In this document: positions 7,485 through 18,028 of the stretch, piece by piece | How positions within the stretch are numbered: the stretch's first letter is position 1 | Layout: each line of letters opens with the position of its first letter | From: an uncultured Pirellulales bacterium | Lineage (GTDB): Bacteria; Planctomycetota; Phycisphaerae; Sedimentisphaerales; CAYZTY01 | Direction: 5' to 3' | Length of the DNA: 45,617 bases | Assembly: GCA_964481525.1 (NCBI GenBank) | Contig: CAYZTY010000004.1 | Coordinates: forward strand, 1 to 45,617 | Notes under the pieces: generated by a model | Told to the model about the DNA's origin: nothing | Seen by the model: only the letters and a program-made list of their open reading frames with translations | Database searches by the model: none | Translations under genes and position numbers: made by a program

Positions 7485-7910
7485 TTCGTTTCCAATCGCT
7501 TATTTACTTTTTCGCCGACCTGCTTGGGCAGGCCTGTGTTCTTAATTAATGTAGAGTAACAAACGCTGTGCCAGCCTTTAGTTTTGCGAATAAATTTTCA
7601 TAAGTGCTTTTAGATAAGCCGGTTATGATGTGTCCGTCTGGTGCCCCCGGTCCCCGGCAAATTTTTATTTAGTGGCCGCTTTGGCTGCTGCCGCCGGTCC
7701 TATGCCGCCCAAGTTTATTTTGGTGATGGCTTTAACGAAGCGTGTCCACTTTGGCCGGGCGCGGCCAAATCGGCTGCATAAATCTGCTTGTGACTTTATT
7801 AGCGGATTGCACTTAACAGTTCGATTCTGGAAAAAAGGTGTTGAAGTGGATAAATATTCAAGCCCGTTATTGCTGGGGTGTGTGTTCGTAGTACTTTGGT
7901 TTGCAAGTTG

Positions 7911-10900
7911 TTATGTTTTTGCGCCGCAGCATTTTTTGTATTTTTTTCCGCTGCCACAGGGGCAAGGCTCGTTTCGTCCAACCTTGGGCTTCTCAAGCTT
8001 TATTTGCTTAACTTTCGTTTCACCCTGTGGTGCAGCCGCCGCGGCACGCTGCCTTTCGGCCATCGCGAACTGGTTGACTTCGTCGTGGCGGGCGCTGCTG
8101 ACCTGCCAGACGCTTCTTGCCCTGGCGCCGGCCTCGAGGCGAACCTTGAAAATAATGTCCGTTACCCGCTCCTCAATAGTCTCCAGCATCTCGGTAAACA
8201 TCCGATAGCCTTCGTGCTTGTATTCGACCTTGGGGTCCTTCTCGGCCCAGGCCCGCAGGAAGACGCCTTCCTTCAGGTGGTCCATCCCGTACAGATGCTC
8301 TTTCCAGGACACGTCATAGATTTGCACAAGCACGTACTTCTCCAGCTCGCTTAGCTCTCGTCGCAGAAACTCTGCTCCGGCTTCGGCCAGTTTGGTCCGG
8401 GCCTGGTCGGGCCCAGCCAGCTCGTCTTCTTTCAGGGTTGTCTCGAATCTTTCACTTGCCCAGCCGGCCAGCTTGCCAGGCTCCAGTTCGCTGACTTTCT
8501 CAGCTATCTCCTCGAGCAATTGACCATTGTTGAAACTCTCGCTTAACTCCAGCAATTGCTTATGCACCGCCCGAGGTGAAGAATGTTGAATTTGCTCGGC
8601 CGAGAGGCCGGCGTTGAATTTTCTGTTCGCCCATTTAGCCAGTGCTTCAAACCCGTAGACGTTGGGACCCTCCGGTCCATAGGCCATATTCATCGCAAAC
8701 TCAACAGGATACTCAATCTCCCGCTGGCGGTACTCTGTCTTGATACTCTCGCTGAGCTGCTGGTAAATCTGCTCAGGCCTTTGGCCTTTCAAATCCTCCG
8801 GTCTCAGGGCAATACCGAATTTTGCCCTGGCCCACTCGGCGAAGCTCCGCAGGCCAAAATCGGGTTTGAGAAACTCAGCCAGTTGAGAACAATCCTTTTT
8901 ATCGATTTGTTCCTCGGCAGCCGAGATGAGCTGCTGTTCAATCTCCTCGGGTTCTGCGTGCTTTAGCTTGCCCGGACTCAGGCTCACTTTGTATGAGCTC
9001 ATAGCCCACTTGCAAAGGCCCTGAATGTCCCAGGTACTTCTATCCTGATAGTCTTCAAGATATTCGCCGAGCGAGAGTGATATATTATTGGCGGCGTTTT
9101 TTTTCGCTTCGGATTTTGCAAGCTCTTCAATCTCGTCCGCGGTGGCGTCGAGTATATTCGCGGTATTCAATTCGAGACTGAAGTTGCTTCGAAGCCACTC
9201 GGCCGCACACGAGTAAGGATAATCTTCGCGAAGTATTGTCCGGCAGTTTCTGTCAAGGACCGATTCAATCATTTGCTCGATAACGGCTTTGAGTCCTTTA
9301 CCTTCCAGGATTTTTCGCCGGCGGGAGTAAAAGATTTTTCTCTGATAGTCCATTACCTCGTCGTATTCCAGCAGACTCTTGCGGGCCTCAAAGTTTCGCT
9401 GCTCGACCTTTTTCTGGGCCTTTTCGATGCCTTTGCTTATTCTCGGATGATATATGGATTGACCTTCCTCCCAACCAATCCAGGAAAGTGCCTTTACAGT
9501 CCATTCGGGAGCGAAGACACGCATCAAGTCGTCGTCAAAGCTCAGGAAGAAGCGGTTGGAGCCTGCATCACCTTGTCTTCCGGCACGGCCTCGGAGCTGA
9601 TTATCAATTCGTCTTGCTTCGTGCCTTTCGGTTCCGACGATGTGCAGCCCGCCGATATCAGCCACGCCGGGGCCTAATTTGATGTCGGTGCCGCGTCCTG
9701 CCATATTTGTGGCAATGGTGACGTTTCCTCGCGGCTTGCCGTCTCTGCCGCGGTGCTGCTGGCCTGCCTTGGCGATAATTGCCGCTTCCCTTGCATGTTG
9801 TTTGGCGTTAAGCACCTCGTGCTCAATGCCGTATCTTTTCGAAAGCGCTTCTGAAAGCTCTTCATTTTTCTCGATGCTTGTTGTTCCCACCAGGACGGGC
9901 CGACCTGCGGCGCTGACCTGGTTTATCTCTTTGAGTGTTGCATCAAATTTTTCGGCCATACTTTTATAAATAACATCGTCCATATTTTCTCTGATGCACG
10001 GCTCGTTGGTCGGTATGACGACAACTTCGAGCTTATAGATATCCATAAACTCCTGCGCTTCAGTTACTGCGGTACCGGTCATACCTGCTATCTGTCCGTA
10101 AAGCTTGAAGAAGTTCTGCAGGGTAATCGTCGCAAGCGTCTGCGTTTCCTCCTTTATCGCCACCTCTTCTTTTGCCTCTACCGCCTGGTGCAAGCCGTCG
10201 GACCATTGCCGGCCGTGCATTAGCCGGCCTGTGAACTCGTCAACGATGATGACCTTGCCGTCCATAACCACGTAGTCTTTTTCTTTCTCAAAGACGGTGT
10301 GTGCTCGCAGGCTCTGCTCTAACATATGGGGCCATTCCATATTGGAGCCGGTGAAAAATGAACCCACGCCCGCGGCCTCCTGTGCGGCGGTTATTCCTTC
10401 GTGCGTCAGATGGACGGCCTTGCGGTCCGTCTCGATTTCGAAATACTCGGTCGCACCGGCTAATTTTGCCTCCTCTGCTTCAAGCTCGGCCTGTTTGCTT
10501 TCTATTGCCCTTTGTGCTTTTTCGACTCGCTGTTTGTCTTTCTGTTTTTTTGCGTCGGCTAATTCCCCCTCGGCACTTGCCAACTGTCGCTGGGCGGAGT
10601 CTATTTGTTTCTTGATGCGGCTGTAATGACTATGCAGATTTAATAACTGGCGGGCAACGGCATCGGCCTTTTTGTACCGGCCGGCCTCATCAAAGGCAGG
10701 ACCGGAAATTATCAACGGCGTTCGCGCTTCATCAATCAGAATCGAATCAACCTCGTCAATTATCGCATAGTCCAGAGGGCCCTGAACCATCTGCTCCAGT
10801 GACAGTTTCATATTGTCGCGAAGATAGTCGAAGCCGAATTCGTTGTTTGTTCCGTAGGTAATATCACACTGGTATTGGGCTTTCCGCTCCGGGCCGGAGG

Positions 10901-11585
10901 TATCCATATCTGCTTGTATGGCCCCGACCGTAAGGCCCAGCGCCCTGTAAACCGGCCCCATCCACTCAGCGTCGCGCTTGGCCAGGTAATCATTGACGGT
11001 AACAATATGGACCTTTCTGCCGGTAAGATGGACCAGATATGCCGCCAGAGTGGCGACGAGCGTTTTTCCCTCGCCGGTTACCATCTCGGCAATCTTGCTT
11101 TCGAAGAGCACCTGCCCGCCAATCAATTGGACATCGAAATGTCGGAATCGGAAGGGCGGCTTGGACTGTGGAAAAAGCCCCCGAATCTCGGCGTTAAACT
11201 GCACCGGCACATCAAGCTCATGTATGTCAATGCCATCGGCAAGCTGACGTTTGAGGTTCTCAAATATTGCCCGGCCATCGTCGCTGAGCTGAGACGTGTC
11301 GAATTTATGTTCCTCGAGAAGGACGTTACGGATTCCGAGGTGCCTGTCCGAGGTCTCCCGCACCGCGGCGAAGGCGTCCGGCAGAATCTCTTGCGCCGTT
11401 TGGCCATCGGCAAGACGCTGTTTAAGCCGGGCCGTTGTTGCCCTCAACTCGGCATCACTTGCCTGCTGGCAGGTGGGCTCCAGGGCGTTTATCCGGTCCA
11501 CCACCCGCGAATAGTTCTTTATCAATCGCTCGTTGCGGGAGCCGAAAATTTTTACCAGAGTTTTGCCGATTTTATCCAGTGGCAT
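7911..11585 (-). CDS. secA: preprotein translocase ATPase SecA (unusually long, 1224 aa)
   Basis: Walker A is [11 protein letters not shown] and the DEAD-like motif is [21 protein letters not shown]. Also present are [13 protein letters not shown] and [15 protein letters not shown], plus the C-terminal zinc finger [14 protein letters not shown]. Confidence 0.95.
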   Translation of the reverse strand: MPLDKIGKTLVKIFGSRNERLIKNYSRVVDRINALEPTCQQASDAELRATTARLKQRLADGQTAQEILPDAFAAVRETSDRHLGIRNVLLEEHKFDTSQLSDDGRAIFENLKRQLADGIDIHELDVPVQFNAEIRGLFPQSKPPFRFRHFDVQLIGGQVLFESKIAEMVTGEGKTLVATLAAYLVHLTGRKVHIVTVNDYLAKRDAEWMGPVYRALGLTVGAIQADMDTSGPERKAQYQCDITYGTNNEFGFDYLRDNMKLSLEQMVQGPLDYAIIDEVDSILIDEARTPLIISGPAFDEAGRYKKADAVARQLLNLHSHYSRIKKQIDSAQRQLASAEGELADAKKQKDKQRVEKAQRAIESKQAELEAEEAKLAGATEYFEIETDRKAVHLTHEGITAAQEAAGVGSFFTGSNMEWPHMLEQSLRAHTVFEKEKDYVVMDGKVIIVDEFTGRLMHGRQWSDGLHQAVEAKEEVAIKEETQTLATITLQNFFKLYGQIAGMTGTAVTEAQEFMDIYKLEVVVIPTNEPCIRENMDDVIYKSMAEKFDATLKEINQVSAAGRPVLVGTTSIEKNEELSEALSKRYGIEHEVLNAKQHAREAAIIAKAGQQHRGRDGKPRGNVTIATNMAGRGTDIKLGPGVADIGGLHIVGTERHEARRIDNQLRGRAGRQGDAGSNRFFLSFDDDLMRVFAPEWTVKALSWIGWEEGQSIYHPRISKGIEKAQKKVEQRNFEARKSLLEYDEVMDYQRKIFYSRRRKILEGKGLKAVIEQMIESVLDRNCRTILREDYPYSCAAEWLRSNFSLELNTANILDATADEIEELAKSEAKKNAANNISLSLGEYLEDYQDRSTWDIQGLCKWAMSSYKVSLSPGKLKHAEPEEIEQQLISAAEEQIDKKDCSQLAEFLKPDFGLRSFAEWARAKFGIALRPEDLKGQRPEQIYQQLSESIKTEYRQREIEYPVEFAMNMAYGPEGPNVYGFEALAKWANRKFNAGLSAEQIQHSSPRAVHKQLLELSESFNNGQLLEEIAEKVSELEPGKLAGWASERFETTLKEDELAGPDQARTKLAEAGAEFLRRELSELEKYVLVQIYDVSWKEHLYGMDHLKEGVFLRAWAEKDPKVEYKHEGYRMFTEMLETIEERVTDIIFKVRLEAGARARSVWQVSSARHDEVNQFAMAERQRAAAAAPQGETKVKQIKLEKPKVGRNEPCPCGSGKKYKKCCGAKT

Positions 11586-11606
11586 TTTTCTATTTTGCCT
11601 GATTAC

Positions 11607-12161
11607 TTAGGCTCGCGTTAGATATTCGCCGCTGCGTGTATCGACCCGGATTATATCGCCGTTTTTGACAAACGACGGCACCATCACGATCAGGCCGGTC
11701 TCCAGCGTGGCTGATTTATACTGGTTTGTAGCGGTGGCGCCTTTAATCTCCGGCGGCGTATCCGTTACCAGCAAATCTACGGTGTTAGGCAGTGTAACGA
11801 CGACCGGTTTGCCGTTATACATACTGACCTGAAGTCGCGTGTTGGGCTTCAGGTATTTCGGGCCGTCGCCGAAGGCATCATCATCGAGGCTTATCTGGTC
11901 GTAAGTTTCGATGTTCATCAATACGTGCTCACTGCCCGATGAGTAAAGGTATTCGTACGTGCGCTTGTCCAGGTAGGCTTCTTCAATATTCTCCTCGGCC
12001 CGGAACCTTATGGTTTGAGTTGTTCCTTCAATGATGCCTTTAAGTTTCGTTTGATAGACAGCACCGCCTTTACCCAGTTTGACGTGTTGAAAATCCACAA
12101 CTACATAAAGATTGCCGTCGACAATGATGGTCTGTCCCTTTTTCATCTCCGCCGCTCTCAT
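11607..12161 (-). CDS. efp: translation elongation factor P
   Basis: The protein is 184 aa. It has the KOW-like N-terminal domain with the loop HVKLGKGGAVYQTKLK and the typical OB domains II/III (…GDIIRVDTRSGEYLTRA). The start may be the internal Met (MKKGQ). Confidence 0.9.
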   Translation of the reverse strand: MRAAEMKKGQTIIVDGNLYVVVDFQHVKLGKGGAVYQTKLKGIIEGTTQTIRFRAEENIEEAYLDKRTYEYLYSSGSEHVLMNIETYDQISLDDDAFGDGPKYLKPNTRLQVSMYNGKPVVVTLPNTVDLLVTDTPPEIKGATATNQYKSATLETGLIVMVPSFVKNGDIIRVDTRSGEYLTRA

Positions 12162-12367
12162 TATTTACTCCAAATAAGACATAATTGTTTGAATTGCAAC
12201 TGCTCCTTATGTTTAATATCGCAAAATTTCCAGCGAAAGTCAAGAAAGGTCGGCCGGCATAATATACAGCTATATATCCATTCAGCCTTGTTGGGTTCAG
12301 TTTTTGTGAAGCTTTGTTTTAAGGCGGTTCAATCAGTATTTTTGGCCGGATGCCAAAAAAATATTCT

Positions 12368-14590
12368 TTAGCGCCGCTTAGTTGCTGCTCCGGCTCTGCG
12401 GGCAGGATTTTTTCTTCTGCGCCTGTAAACGGTTTTTTTACTTAGCTGCTCACGGCTGTGGACCAGCGGCTCAGTGGGCGCAAGGTTCAACTGCCGGGCC
12501 GGAATATTTACCGAAACTATACGCACCCGCATCGGCTGGCCAAGGGATATGCCTTTGCCGGAATGACGGCCGAGGACCCGCTGGCTTTTTTCATCATATC
12601 TCCATTCATCGACGCCAAGGTCATTAGGCTGTATCAATCCTTCGATGCCGAACCGAAGGCACTGCACAAAGACGCCAAAATTTGTAAGGCCCGTAACGAC
12701 GGTGTTCATCTCCTCGCCGATTCGCGTGCTCAGCATTTGTAGAATCAGAACGGTCTTGAGCTCTTTTTCCGCCTCCTCGGCCCGTTGCTCAGTGAAGGTG
12801 ATGTGTTTGCCAATCTCGGCCAATTCAAATTCCGGCAGGACCTCTTCAAGGCCTATCATATTCAACTGATGTTCGAGATAGCAGCCCAGAAGTCTGTGCA
12901 CCGTCAAATCCGCATACCGCCGAATAGGACTGGTGAAGTGGCAGTAATTACTCGATGCCAGGGCGAAGTGGCCGATGTGAAGCGGCGAATATTCTGCGCG
13001 GGCCAGACTCCGCAGGATGGCGAGGTTTATTGCAAAGCTGTTAGGTGCGCCTTTTACCGTTTTTAGTAAATCCTGTATCGCGGCCCTGTCGAGCCGGCGA
13101 GGGATTTTGATGCCACAGACTCTGATAAAACGCGACAGATTTTTGGTGCTCAGGGAGTCCGGGTCAGGGTGAATTCGCCGCATAAACGGAATGCCGAATC
13201 TGTCGAACAATGCCGCCACGGCCTCGTTGGCCTCGACCATAAACATCTCGATTATTGTATGCGGATAGCTATCGTCGGCCGGTCGCGCGTCAATTACCCG
13301 GCCCTGTTCGTCCATAATCAATTCCGTTTCAGGCAAGTCTAATTGTATCATTCCATTTTTTATTCGCCGCTGCTCTATGATTTTGGCCAAATGCTCCATA
13401 TCCTTTAGCAGGCCGACTACTTCGCCGGGAAAGCCTTCGGCCTTGCCTCTCAGGATGCCGTCGGCTTGTTGATATGTTAGTCGGGCCTTGGAACAAATAA
13501 CGCTGTTTGCGAAGTTTCGGTCAAGGATATTGCCCTGTTCGTCATAAGTTACATACACGCTTTTAGCGAATCGTTTCTGGCCCGGCTGAAGGCTGCAGAT
13601 ACCGTTACTCAAAGTCTCAGGGAGCATCGGCAGAACCCTGCCCGGCAGATATACGCTGTTGCCGCGCTTTTTCGCCTCAATATCCATAGGTGAATCCATC
13701 GACACAAAGGTGCTAACATCGGCGATGTGCACTCCTAAGACCCAGTTGCCATCGCGGTTTCTACTGAGGCTTATCGCGTCGTCAAAATCCTTGGCGTCGG
13801 GAGGGTCAATGGTGATAATAGTCTGGTCGGTAACATCGTCCCTTTTACCGGCGTCGGCCGGGTCGAATCCGGCAGCTATCCTGCTTGCCTGCTGCCGGCA
13901 CTCGGCATCAAACTCGCCCGGCAACTGGAACTGATGGATAATTGAGTTAATCTCCGCTTTGTACTGGCCGGCCTTACCCAGCACTTCGATTATCACTCCG
14001 CGAGCCAGGTATCTGTCTGTAGGGTAGGCTATTATTTCCACCACAACCTTGTCATTTTCGGTGGCATTCTTTGCCGTGACATCGTCAACACTTATTGATT
14101 CAAAGAACTCTGTGCCATCGGGTCTGACAATCCATCCATCAGCCTGTTTCAGAAGGGTTCCGACTAATTTATTCTGCCCCCGTTCGAGGACCTCGATTAT
14201 CTGGCCGTTATATCGCATCTGCCCGGCGCGCCTGCCCTTCTTGACCACGCGGGCTACAACCGTATCGCCGGTCATCGCATCATCGGTGGCGTGGGGGGGC
14301 ACGAATAAGTCGCCGTGAGAGGTGCTGTGTAACGGCCTGACAAATCCGAAACCTTTCGGATTGGCCCGGAAAGTCCCGATTACTTTACCGGGCAGCGGCG
14401 GCAGACCAACCAGGTTCTTGGTCCCTATCACAGCTCGCCCGGCTCTTCTCAGCTCTTCGAAAGAGGCCTTGAATTCGCTGTAATCCTCGTCCGGGACCTC
14501 TAATGCCCGCGCTAAAGAACGCAGCTTCACCGGTGTGTAATCCGGGTGTGTAAGGAACTTCATTATCTTTTTTTTGAATAAATCGGTCAT
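12368..14590 (-). CDS. rnr: ribonuclease R (RNB-family 3'-5' exoribonuclease)
   Basis: The protein is 740 aa. It has N-terminal HTH/cold-shock-like domains and an RNB catalytic core (ITIDPPDAKDFDDAISL; HFTSPIRRYADLTVHR). A C-terminal S1 domain and a basic tail follow. Confidence 0.9.
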   Translation of the reverse strand: MTDLFKKKIMKFLTHPDYTPVKLRSLARALEVPDEDYSEFKASFEELRRAGRAVIGTKNLVGLPPLPGKVIGTFRANPKGFGFVRPLHSTSHGDLFVPPHATDDAMTGDTVVARVVKKGRRAGQMRYNGQIIEVLERGQNKLVGTLLKQADGWIVRPDGTEFFESISVDDVTAKNATENDKVVVEIIAYPTDRYLARGVIIEVLGKAGQYKAEINSIIHQFQLPGEFDAECRQQASRIAAGFDPADAGKRDDVTDQTIITIDPPDAKDFDDAISLSRNRDGNWVLGVHIADVSTFVSMDSPMDIEAKKRGNSVYLPGRVLPMLPETLSNGICSLQPGQKRFAKSVYVTYDEQGNILDRNFANSVICSKARLTYQQADGILRGKAEGFPGEVVGLLKDMEHLAKIIEQRRIKNGMIQLDLPETELIMDEQGRVIDARPADDSYPHTIIEMFMVEANEAVAALFDRFGIPFMRRIHPDPDSLSTKNLSRFIRVCGIKIPRRLDRAAIQDLLKTVKGAPNSFAINLAILRSLARAEYSPLHIGHFALASSNYCHFTSPIRRYADLTVHRLLGCYLEHQLNMIGLEEVLPEFELAEIGKHITFTEQRAEEAEKELKTVLILQMLSTRIGEEMNTVVTGLTNFGVFVQCLRFGIEGLIQPNDLGVDEWRYDEKSQRVLGRHSGKGISLGQPMRVRIVSVNIPARQLNLAPTEPLVHSREQLSKKTVYRRRRKNPARRAGAATKRR

Positions 14591-14612
14591 TTTATCGGTC
14601 TTTTGCAGGCGC

Positions 14613-14656
14613 TAAAAAACGTCCGGATGATTTGTTATATCGACCGGACGTTTTGT
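14613..14656 (-). terminator. candidate intrinsic terminator after rpsT
   Basis: AAAAACGTCCGG (14615-14626) pairs with CCGGACGTTTT (14644-14654) around a 17-nt loop. T-runs follow the stem on both strands. It lies about 35 nt downstream of the rpsT stop. Confidence 0.5.
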
Positions 14657-14689
14657 TTGCATAAAGATTAAATCAAGCGTTACAAGGTC

Positions 14690-14971
14690 TTAGCCTGAGG
14701 CTTTTTTTGCGATGAGCGCATTTAGCCGTTTGGCTAATTGTGATTTCCTCCGGGCTGCGGTGTTCTTATGCATTGTGCTCTTTGAAGCGGTCTTGTCCAG
14801 TTTCCTGGTGGCAAGTCTGAGAGTCTCCCGTGTCTTCTCAACGTCGCCGCTTTTAAGTGCATTTTCGAAATTCCTGACCTCGGCCTTGATGGAACTTTTA
14901 CGGGCTCTGTTAATCGCCCTTTTTTTGGTGTTTTGCCTTATTCTTTTCTTAGCCGATAACGAATGCGCCAC
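14690..14971 (-). CDS. rpsT: 30S ribosomal protein S20
   Basis: The protein is 93 aa and very basic. It starts MAHSLSAKKRIRQNTKKRAINRARKS, the typical S20 N-terminus. Confidence 0.9.
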   Translation of the reverse strand: MAHSLSAKKRIRQNTKKRAINRARKSSIKAEVRNFENALKSGDVEKTRETLRLATRKLDKTASKSTMHKNTAARRKSQLAKRLNALIAKKASG

Positions 14972-15017
14972 TTTTACCTCCTGAAATCAATGTTAACTTC
15001 TTTTCACCTTTCTTTTT

Positions 15018-16445
15018 TTACTTTTCTGTAGGGCCGTCTTGTGTGCCTGTTTTTCTCAGCCTGTCTACTCGCTCACGGACGTCCTTAAAGCCATAATCAA
15101 CCTGGGCAAGTTTGCGATAGAGTTCCAGCGCCTCAGTTGTCTGGCCCTGCTGCTCGTACGCCCGAGCCAGATTATACCTCAAATCTTTGCCGACTTCATC
15201 ATCTTTTATTTCATACGAATCGATCGCCTGTTTGAAAACGTCTATGGCGTCGGTGAACCACTCTTTCATATAAAAGCATACGCCCATATTGTTCATCGCC
15301 TCGACCTTATTATGCGGGTCCTTGTGGGCCTCCTGAAACATAGGTATCGCCTCGTCATATTGCTTGTTTTTCATAAGACACAGCCCGAGCTGGTATTTCA
15401 TTCGCATGTCGGTGGGGTAGTTTTCGACGCAAAGTCTGTAATGTTCAAGCTCCGTCGTATTGAACAGTGCCTCTAAGGCCGAGAACTCGTTCCGGGCCTG
15501 GTCGTTATTAGGCTCGGCATTAAGACGGGCCTTTGCCTGGCGTATCTTTCGTCTCAGTTGTCGCAGCCGTATCTTACCTGAATGTTGCTTGAAGCTGAAA
15601 TCTTTTCGCTCGGCATAGGTCTTTTCAAGAAGCTCTATGGCCTCGTTTTCGTACTGTTCTTCAGCCATATCCGCCAATGCGTCGACCAGCCTGAATATAT
15701 TAACCACGACGTCCGGCTTTTCCGCCAATACCTCCCTAGCTTCCTGGACCGCCCGGATGCGGTAGTCCAGGCTTTTAACTGCTTTCTCCTGGTCCAGCAG
15801 CATTTCCTGCTTTTCGCGGTCCTTGATTGCTTTTCTAAAGTCGCCTTCCTCTCCGTATTTACCCTTCTGGACCGTCAGTTGAGCATAAAGGTCTCTAAGC
15901 TCGCTGTGCAGCAGGACGTCGTCCGGCTTGAGTTTTATCGCATACTGACAGGCTTTGACGGCCTTGTCGAATTGTTCCAGTTGACTGTAACTATCCTTCA
16001 GCAGCAGGTATGTTTCCAGTGCTCCTTTGTTTGTTACTTCTTCGGTTTGGAAAAGCAGGTCCGCAATCCAGCCGGCTACCTTCCTGTAGCCACCGTCTAC
16101 GGCCGCCCTTAGGGTCATCGCTGCGTGTGGTAGATGCTCAGGGTCCTTGGCCAGTAAATACTCGGCTTTGAGCATCCGCTCGAGCGGGTCCTTAGCCCGG
16201 CTGTGCCTAAGCTTTTCGACCATAGAAGGCTTTTTGCCGCCCCGGCTCTGCCGAGTCAAGGCCATCTGGTGCAAGGGCTTGTGCCCATCTTCGACCGCCT
16301 CAGGAGCGCGTCTTAATCCTTCGAGGTACATATCGATGGCGTAGTCGTAGTTATTCGTTGCCGCGGCCTCTTCGGCGCGCTCAAAGAATGCCTTTGCCTC
16401 TCGTAATGTTACATCCATATTTTGGCTTTGTCCCGAGGTAGTCAA
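15018..16445 (-). CDS. tetratricopeptide-repeat (TPR) protein
   Basis: The protein is 475 aa and largely helical, with repeated A..Y..AL...P motifs (for example YDYAIDMYLEGLRRAP, FDKAVKACQYAIKLKPDD, YDEAIPMFQEAHKDP, TEALELYRKLAQVD). Confidence 0.6.
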   Translation of the reverse strand: MTTSGQSQNMDVTLREAKAFFERAEEAAATNNYDYAIDMYLEGLRRAPEAVEDGHKPLHQMALTRQSRGGKKPSMVEKLRHSRAKDPLERMLKAEYLLAKDPEHLPHAAMTLRAAVDGGYRKVAGWIADLLFQTEEVTNKGALETYLLLKDSYSQLEQFDKAVKACQYAIKLKPDDVLLHSELRDLYAQLTVQKGKYGEEGDFRKAIKDREKQEMLLDQEKAVKSLDYRIRAVQEAREVLAEKPDVVVNIFRLVDALADMAEEQYENEAIELLEKTYAERKDFSFKQHSGKIRLRQLRRKIRQAKARLNAEPNNDQARNEFSALEALFNTTELEHYRLCVENYPTDMRMKYQLGLCLMKNKQYDEAIPMFQEAHKDPHNKVEAMNNMGVCFYMKEWFTDAIDVFKQAIDSYEIKDDEVGKDLRYNLARAYEQQGQTTEALELYRKLAQVDYGFKDVRERVDRLRKTGTQDGPTEK

Positions 16446-16601
16446 AAAGCCGACTCCTTTTTTCCGCCCTTCCAGAGCCGGCTATCCTAATCGATGGGTC
16501 TATATTGTCAACAAATAAATGTATTATCCGCCGCCGGCGCGGCCCGATGGCAAAACCGCCGATATACAACTTTCGAAAATTGACCAAGGAGGTGAAAATA
16601 C

Positions 16602-16630
16602 TTGTACAAGGTTATGTCCTGTGTTATATA
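16602..16630 (+). promoter_or_regulatory. candidate sigma70-type promoter for glyA
   Basis: TTGTAC (16602-16607), a 17-nt spacer, then TATATA (16625-16630). It lies about 45 nt upstream of the ATG at 16675. Confidence 0.35.
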
Positions 16631-16674
16631 GTCTCCGTCAGTGTAAGGAGGTTATTCTAAAGGAGGTCTACCCT

Positions 16675-17979
16675 ATGGAAAAGGCCGGTCCAACTTCGCC
16701 ACTTCAGCAGTACGACCCGCAAATATATGAACTATTGAAGCAGGAAGAGACTCGACAAAGCGGCCGTCTTCGCCTGATACCCTCGGAAAATTACGTATCG
16801 AAGGCGGTGATGATTGCAAGTGGAAGCTGCCTGACCAATAAGTATTCGGAAGGATACCCCGGCAGGCGATATTATGAAGGCCAGCAGGTTACCGACCTTA
16901 TCGAAATCTTAGCGGTCCAGAGAGCAAAGAAGATTTTCAAGGCTGAGCACGCAAACGTCCAGCCGTATTCAGGCTCTGTGGCCAACTGGGCGGCATATCT
17001 GGCGCTTGCCGAGCCGGGCGATACCATTATGGGCCTGTCGTTGCCGCACGGCGGACACCTGACACATGGCTGGAAGGTAAGTGTTACAAGCAGGATATTT
17101 AATTCCATCCAGTATACAGTTAGCTCAGAGACCGGCAGATTAGACTATAACCAGATTGAAGAGCTCGCTAAGAAACACAAGCCGAAAATCATTATTTCCG
17201 GCGCTACCGCCTATCCGCGTGAGATTGACTTCGAGATATTCGGCCAGATAGCGAAAAGCGTTGGTGCCTATCACGTCAGTGATATAGCCCATATTGCAGG
17301 TCTTGTAGTTGCCGGCATCCACAACAGCCCCGTCCCGTACGCCGATATCGTTTCAACCACCACCCACAAGACGCTGCGAGGTCCGCGGGGCGGAATGCTG
17401 CTTTGCAAAAAACAGCACGCAGACAATGTTGATAAGTCTGTTTTCCCCGGCCTGCAGGGCGGCCCACATATGCACACATTGACTGCTGTAGCCGTGGCGA
17501 TGGCCGAGGCCGATACTCCTGAGTTTGTTGCATACGCAAAACAAATCGTAAAAAATGCGAAGGTTCTTGCCGAAGGATTGCTCGAGCACGGCTTTGACCT
17601 GTCGTCCGGCGGAACGGATAATCACTTAATCTTAATTGATTTGCGAGGTAAAAAGGTAGCCGGTAAAAAACTTGCAAAAGCGCTCGACAGGGCAAGAATC
17701 GTTACCAACTACAACACGACCCCATTAGACCCTGCTCACCCGGCCAATCCGAGCGGTCTGCGAATGGGTACGCCGGCCGTTACGACCCGGGGAATGAAAG
17801 AAGACGAGATGCGGCAGATAGCGGAGTTTATCAGTAAGGTCGCTGAGAACGTAGATAGTGAAACCGTCATTGAGCAAGTCGGCAAAGAAGCTCTGCTCTT
17901 ATGCTCACAATTCCCCGTGCCGGACCATTTCATCCTGCCGAACAAAAACAGCCGACTTTCGCACCTGTTCGGAGGATAG
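16675..17979 (+). CDS. glyA: serine hydroxymethyltransferase
   Basis: The N-terminus (MEKAGP…LQQYDPQIYELLKQEETRQ…LIPSENY) and the PLP-Lys region TTTHKTLRGPRGG are typical. AAGGAGGT at 16660-16667 precedes the ATG at 16675. The longer ORF starting at 16519 adds a non-homologous 52-aa extension. Confidence 0.9.
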   Translation: MEKAGPTSPLQQYDPQIYELLKQEETRQSGRLRLIPSENYVSKAVMIASGSCLTNKYSEGYPGRRYYEGQQVTDLIEILAVQRAKKIFKAEHANVQPYSGSVANWAAYLALAEPGDTIMGLSLPHGGHLTHGWKVSVTSRIFNSIQYTVSSETGRLDYNQIEELAKKHKPKIIISGATAYPREIDFEIFGQIAKSVGAYHVSDIAHIAGLVVAGIHNSPVPYADIVSTTTHKTLRGPRGGMLLCKKQHADNVDKSVFPGLQGGPHMHTLTAVAVAMAEADTPEFVAYAKQIVKNAKVLAEGLLEHGFDLSSGGTDNHLILIDLRGKKVAGKKLAKALDRARIVTNYNTTPLDPAHPANPSGLRMGTPAVTTRGMKEDEMRQIAEFISKVAENVDSETVIEQVGKEALLLCSQFPVPDHFILPNKNSRLSHLFGG

Positions 17980-18028
17980 AGATAAGGGGATTATCTCAAA
18001 AATCGGAATACTGAAAAAGGAGTGCCGC

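Noticed and set aside
7751-7768. Terminator hairpin downstream of secA
   Set aside because: TTGGCCG-GGCG-CGGCCAA is a good 7-bp stem, but no U-tract follows it on either strand. It is recorded as a plain hairpin only.
7630-11621. Numerous plus-strand ORFs (for example 7630..8208, 7878..8354, 10875..11621) overlapping secA
   Set aside because: These are shadow ORFs antisense to a clearly genuine 1224-aa SecA. They have low-complexity Ala/Arg/Ser/Leu composition and no motifs. The same reasoning applies to antisense ORFs inside rnr, the TPR gene, glyA, rnfC/D, dsbD and ftsH.
12340-12362. Intrinsic terminator after rnr
   Set aside because: The TTTTTGGC-CGGAT-GCCAAAAA hairpin has only 3 G:C pairs. 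On the minus strand the U-run precedes the stem rather than following it, so it is not convincing as a terminator.
16519-16674. N-terminal 52-aa extension of glyA
   Set aside because: The extension has no similarity to SHMT N-termini. A strong SD (AAGGAGGT) and an ATG at 16675 give the canonical start.
16446-16674. ZTP (pfl) riboswitch upstream of glyA
   Set aside because: glyA is a frequent ZTP-riboswitch target. However, the region lacks the GGGUCG…CCGCCUGGGCA pseudoknot elements and only has unrelated CCGCC runs.
17858-18028. Long form of the Nudix-like ORF overlapping glyA
   Set aside because: It would overlap the glyA 3' end by more than 120 nt in another frame. GTG 18029, with an upstream AAGGAG after the glyA stop, is more plausible.
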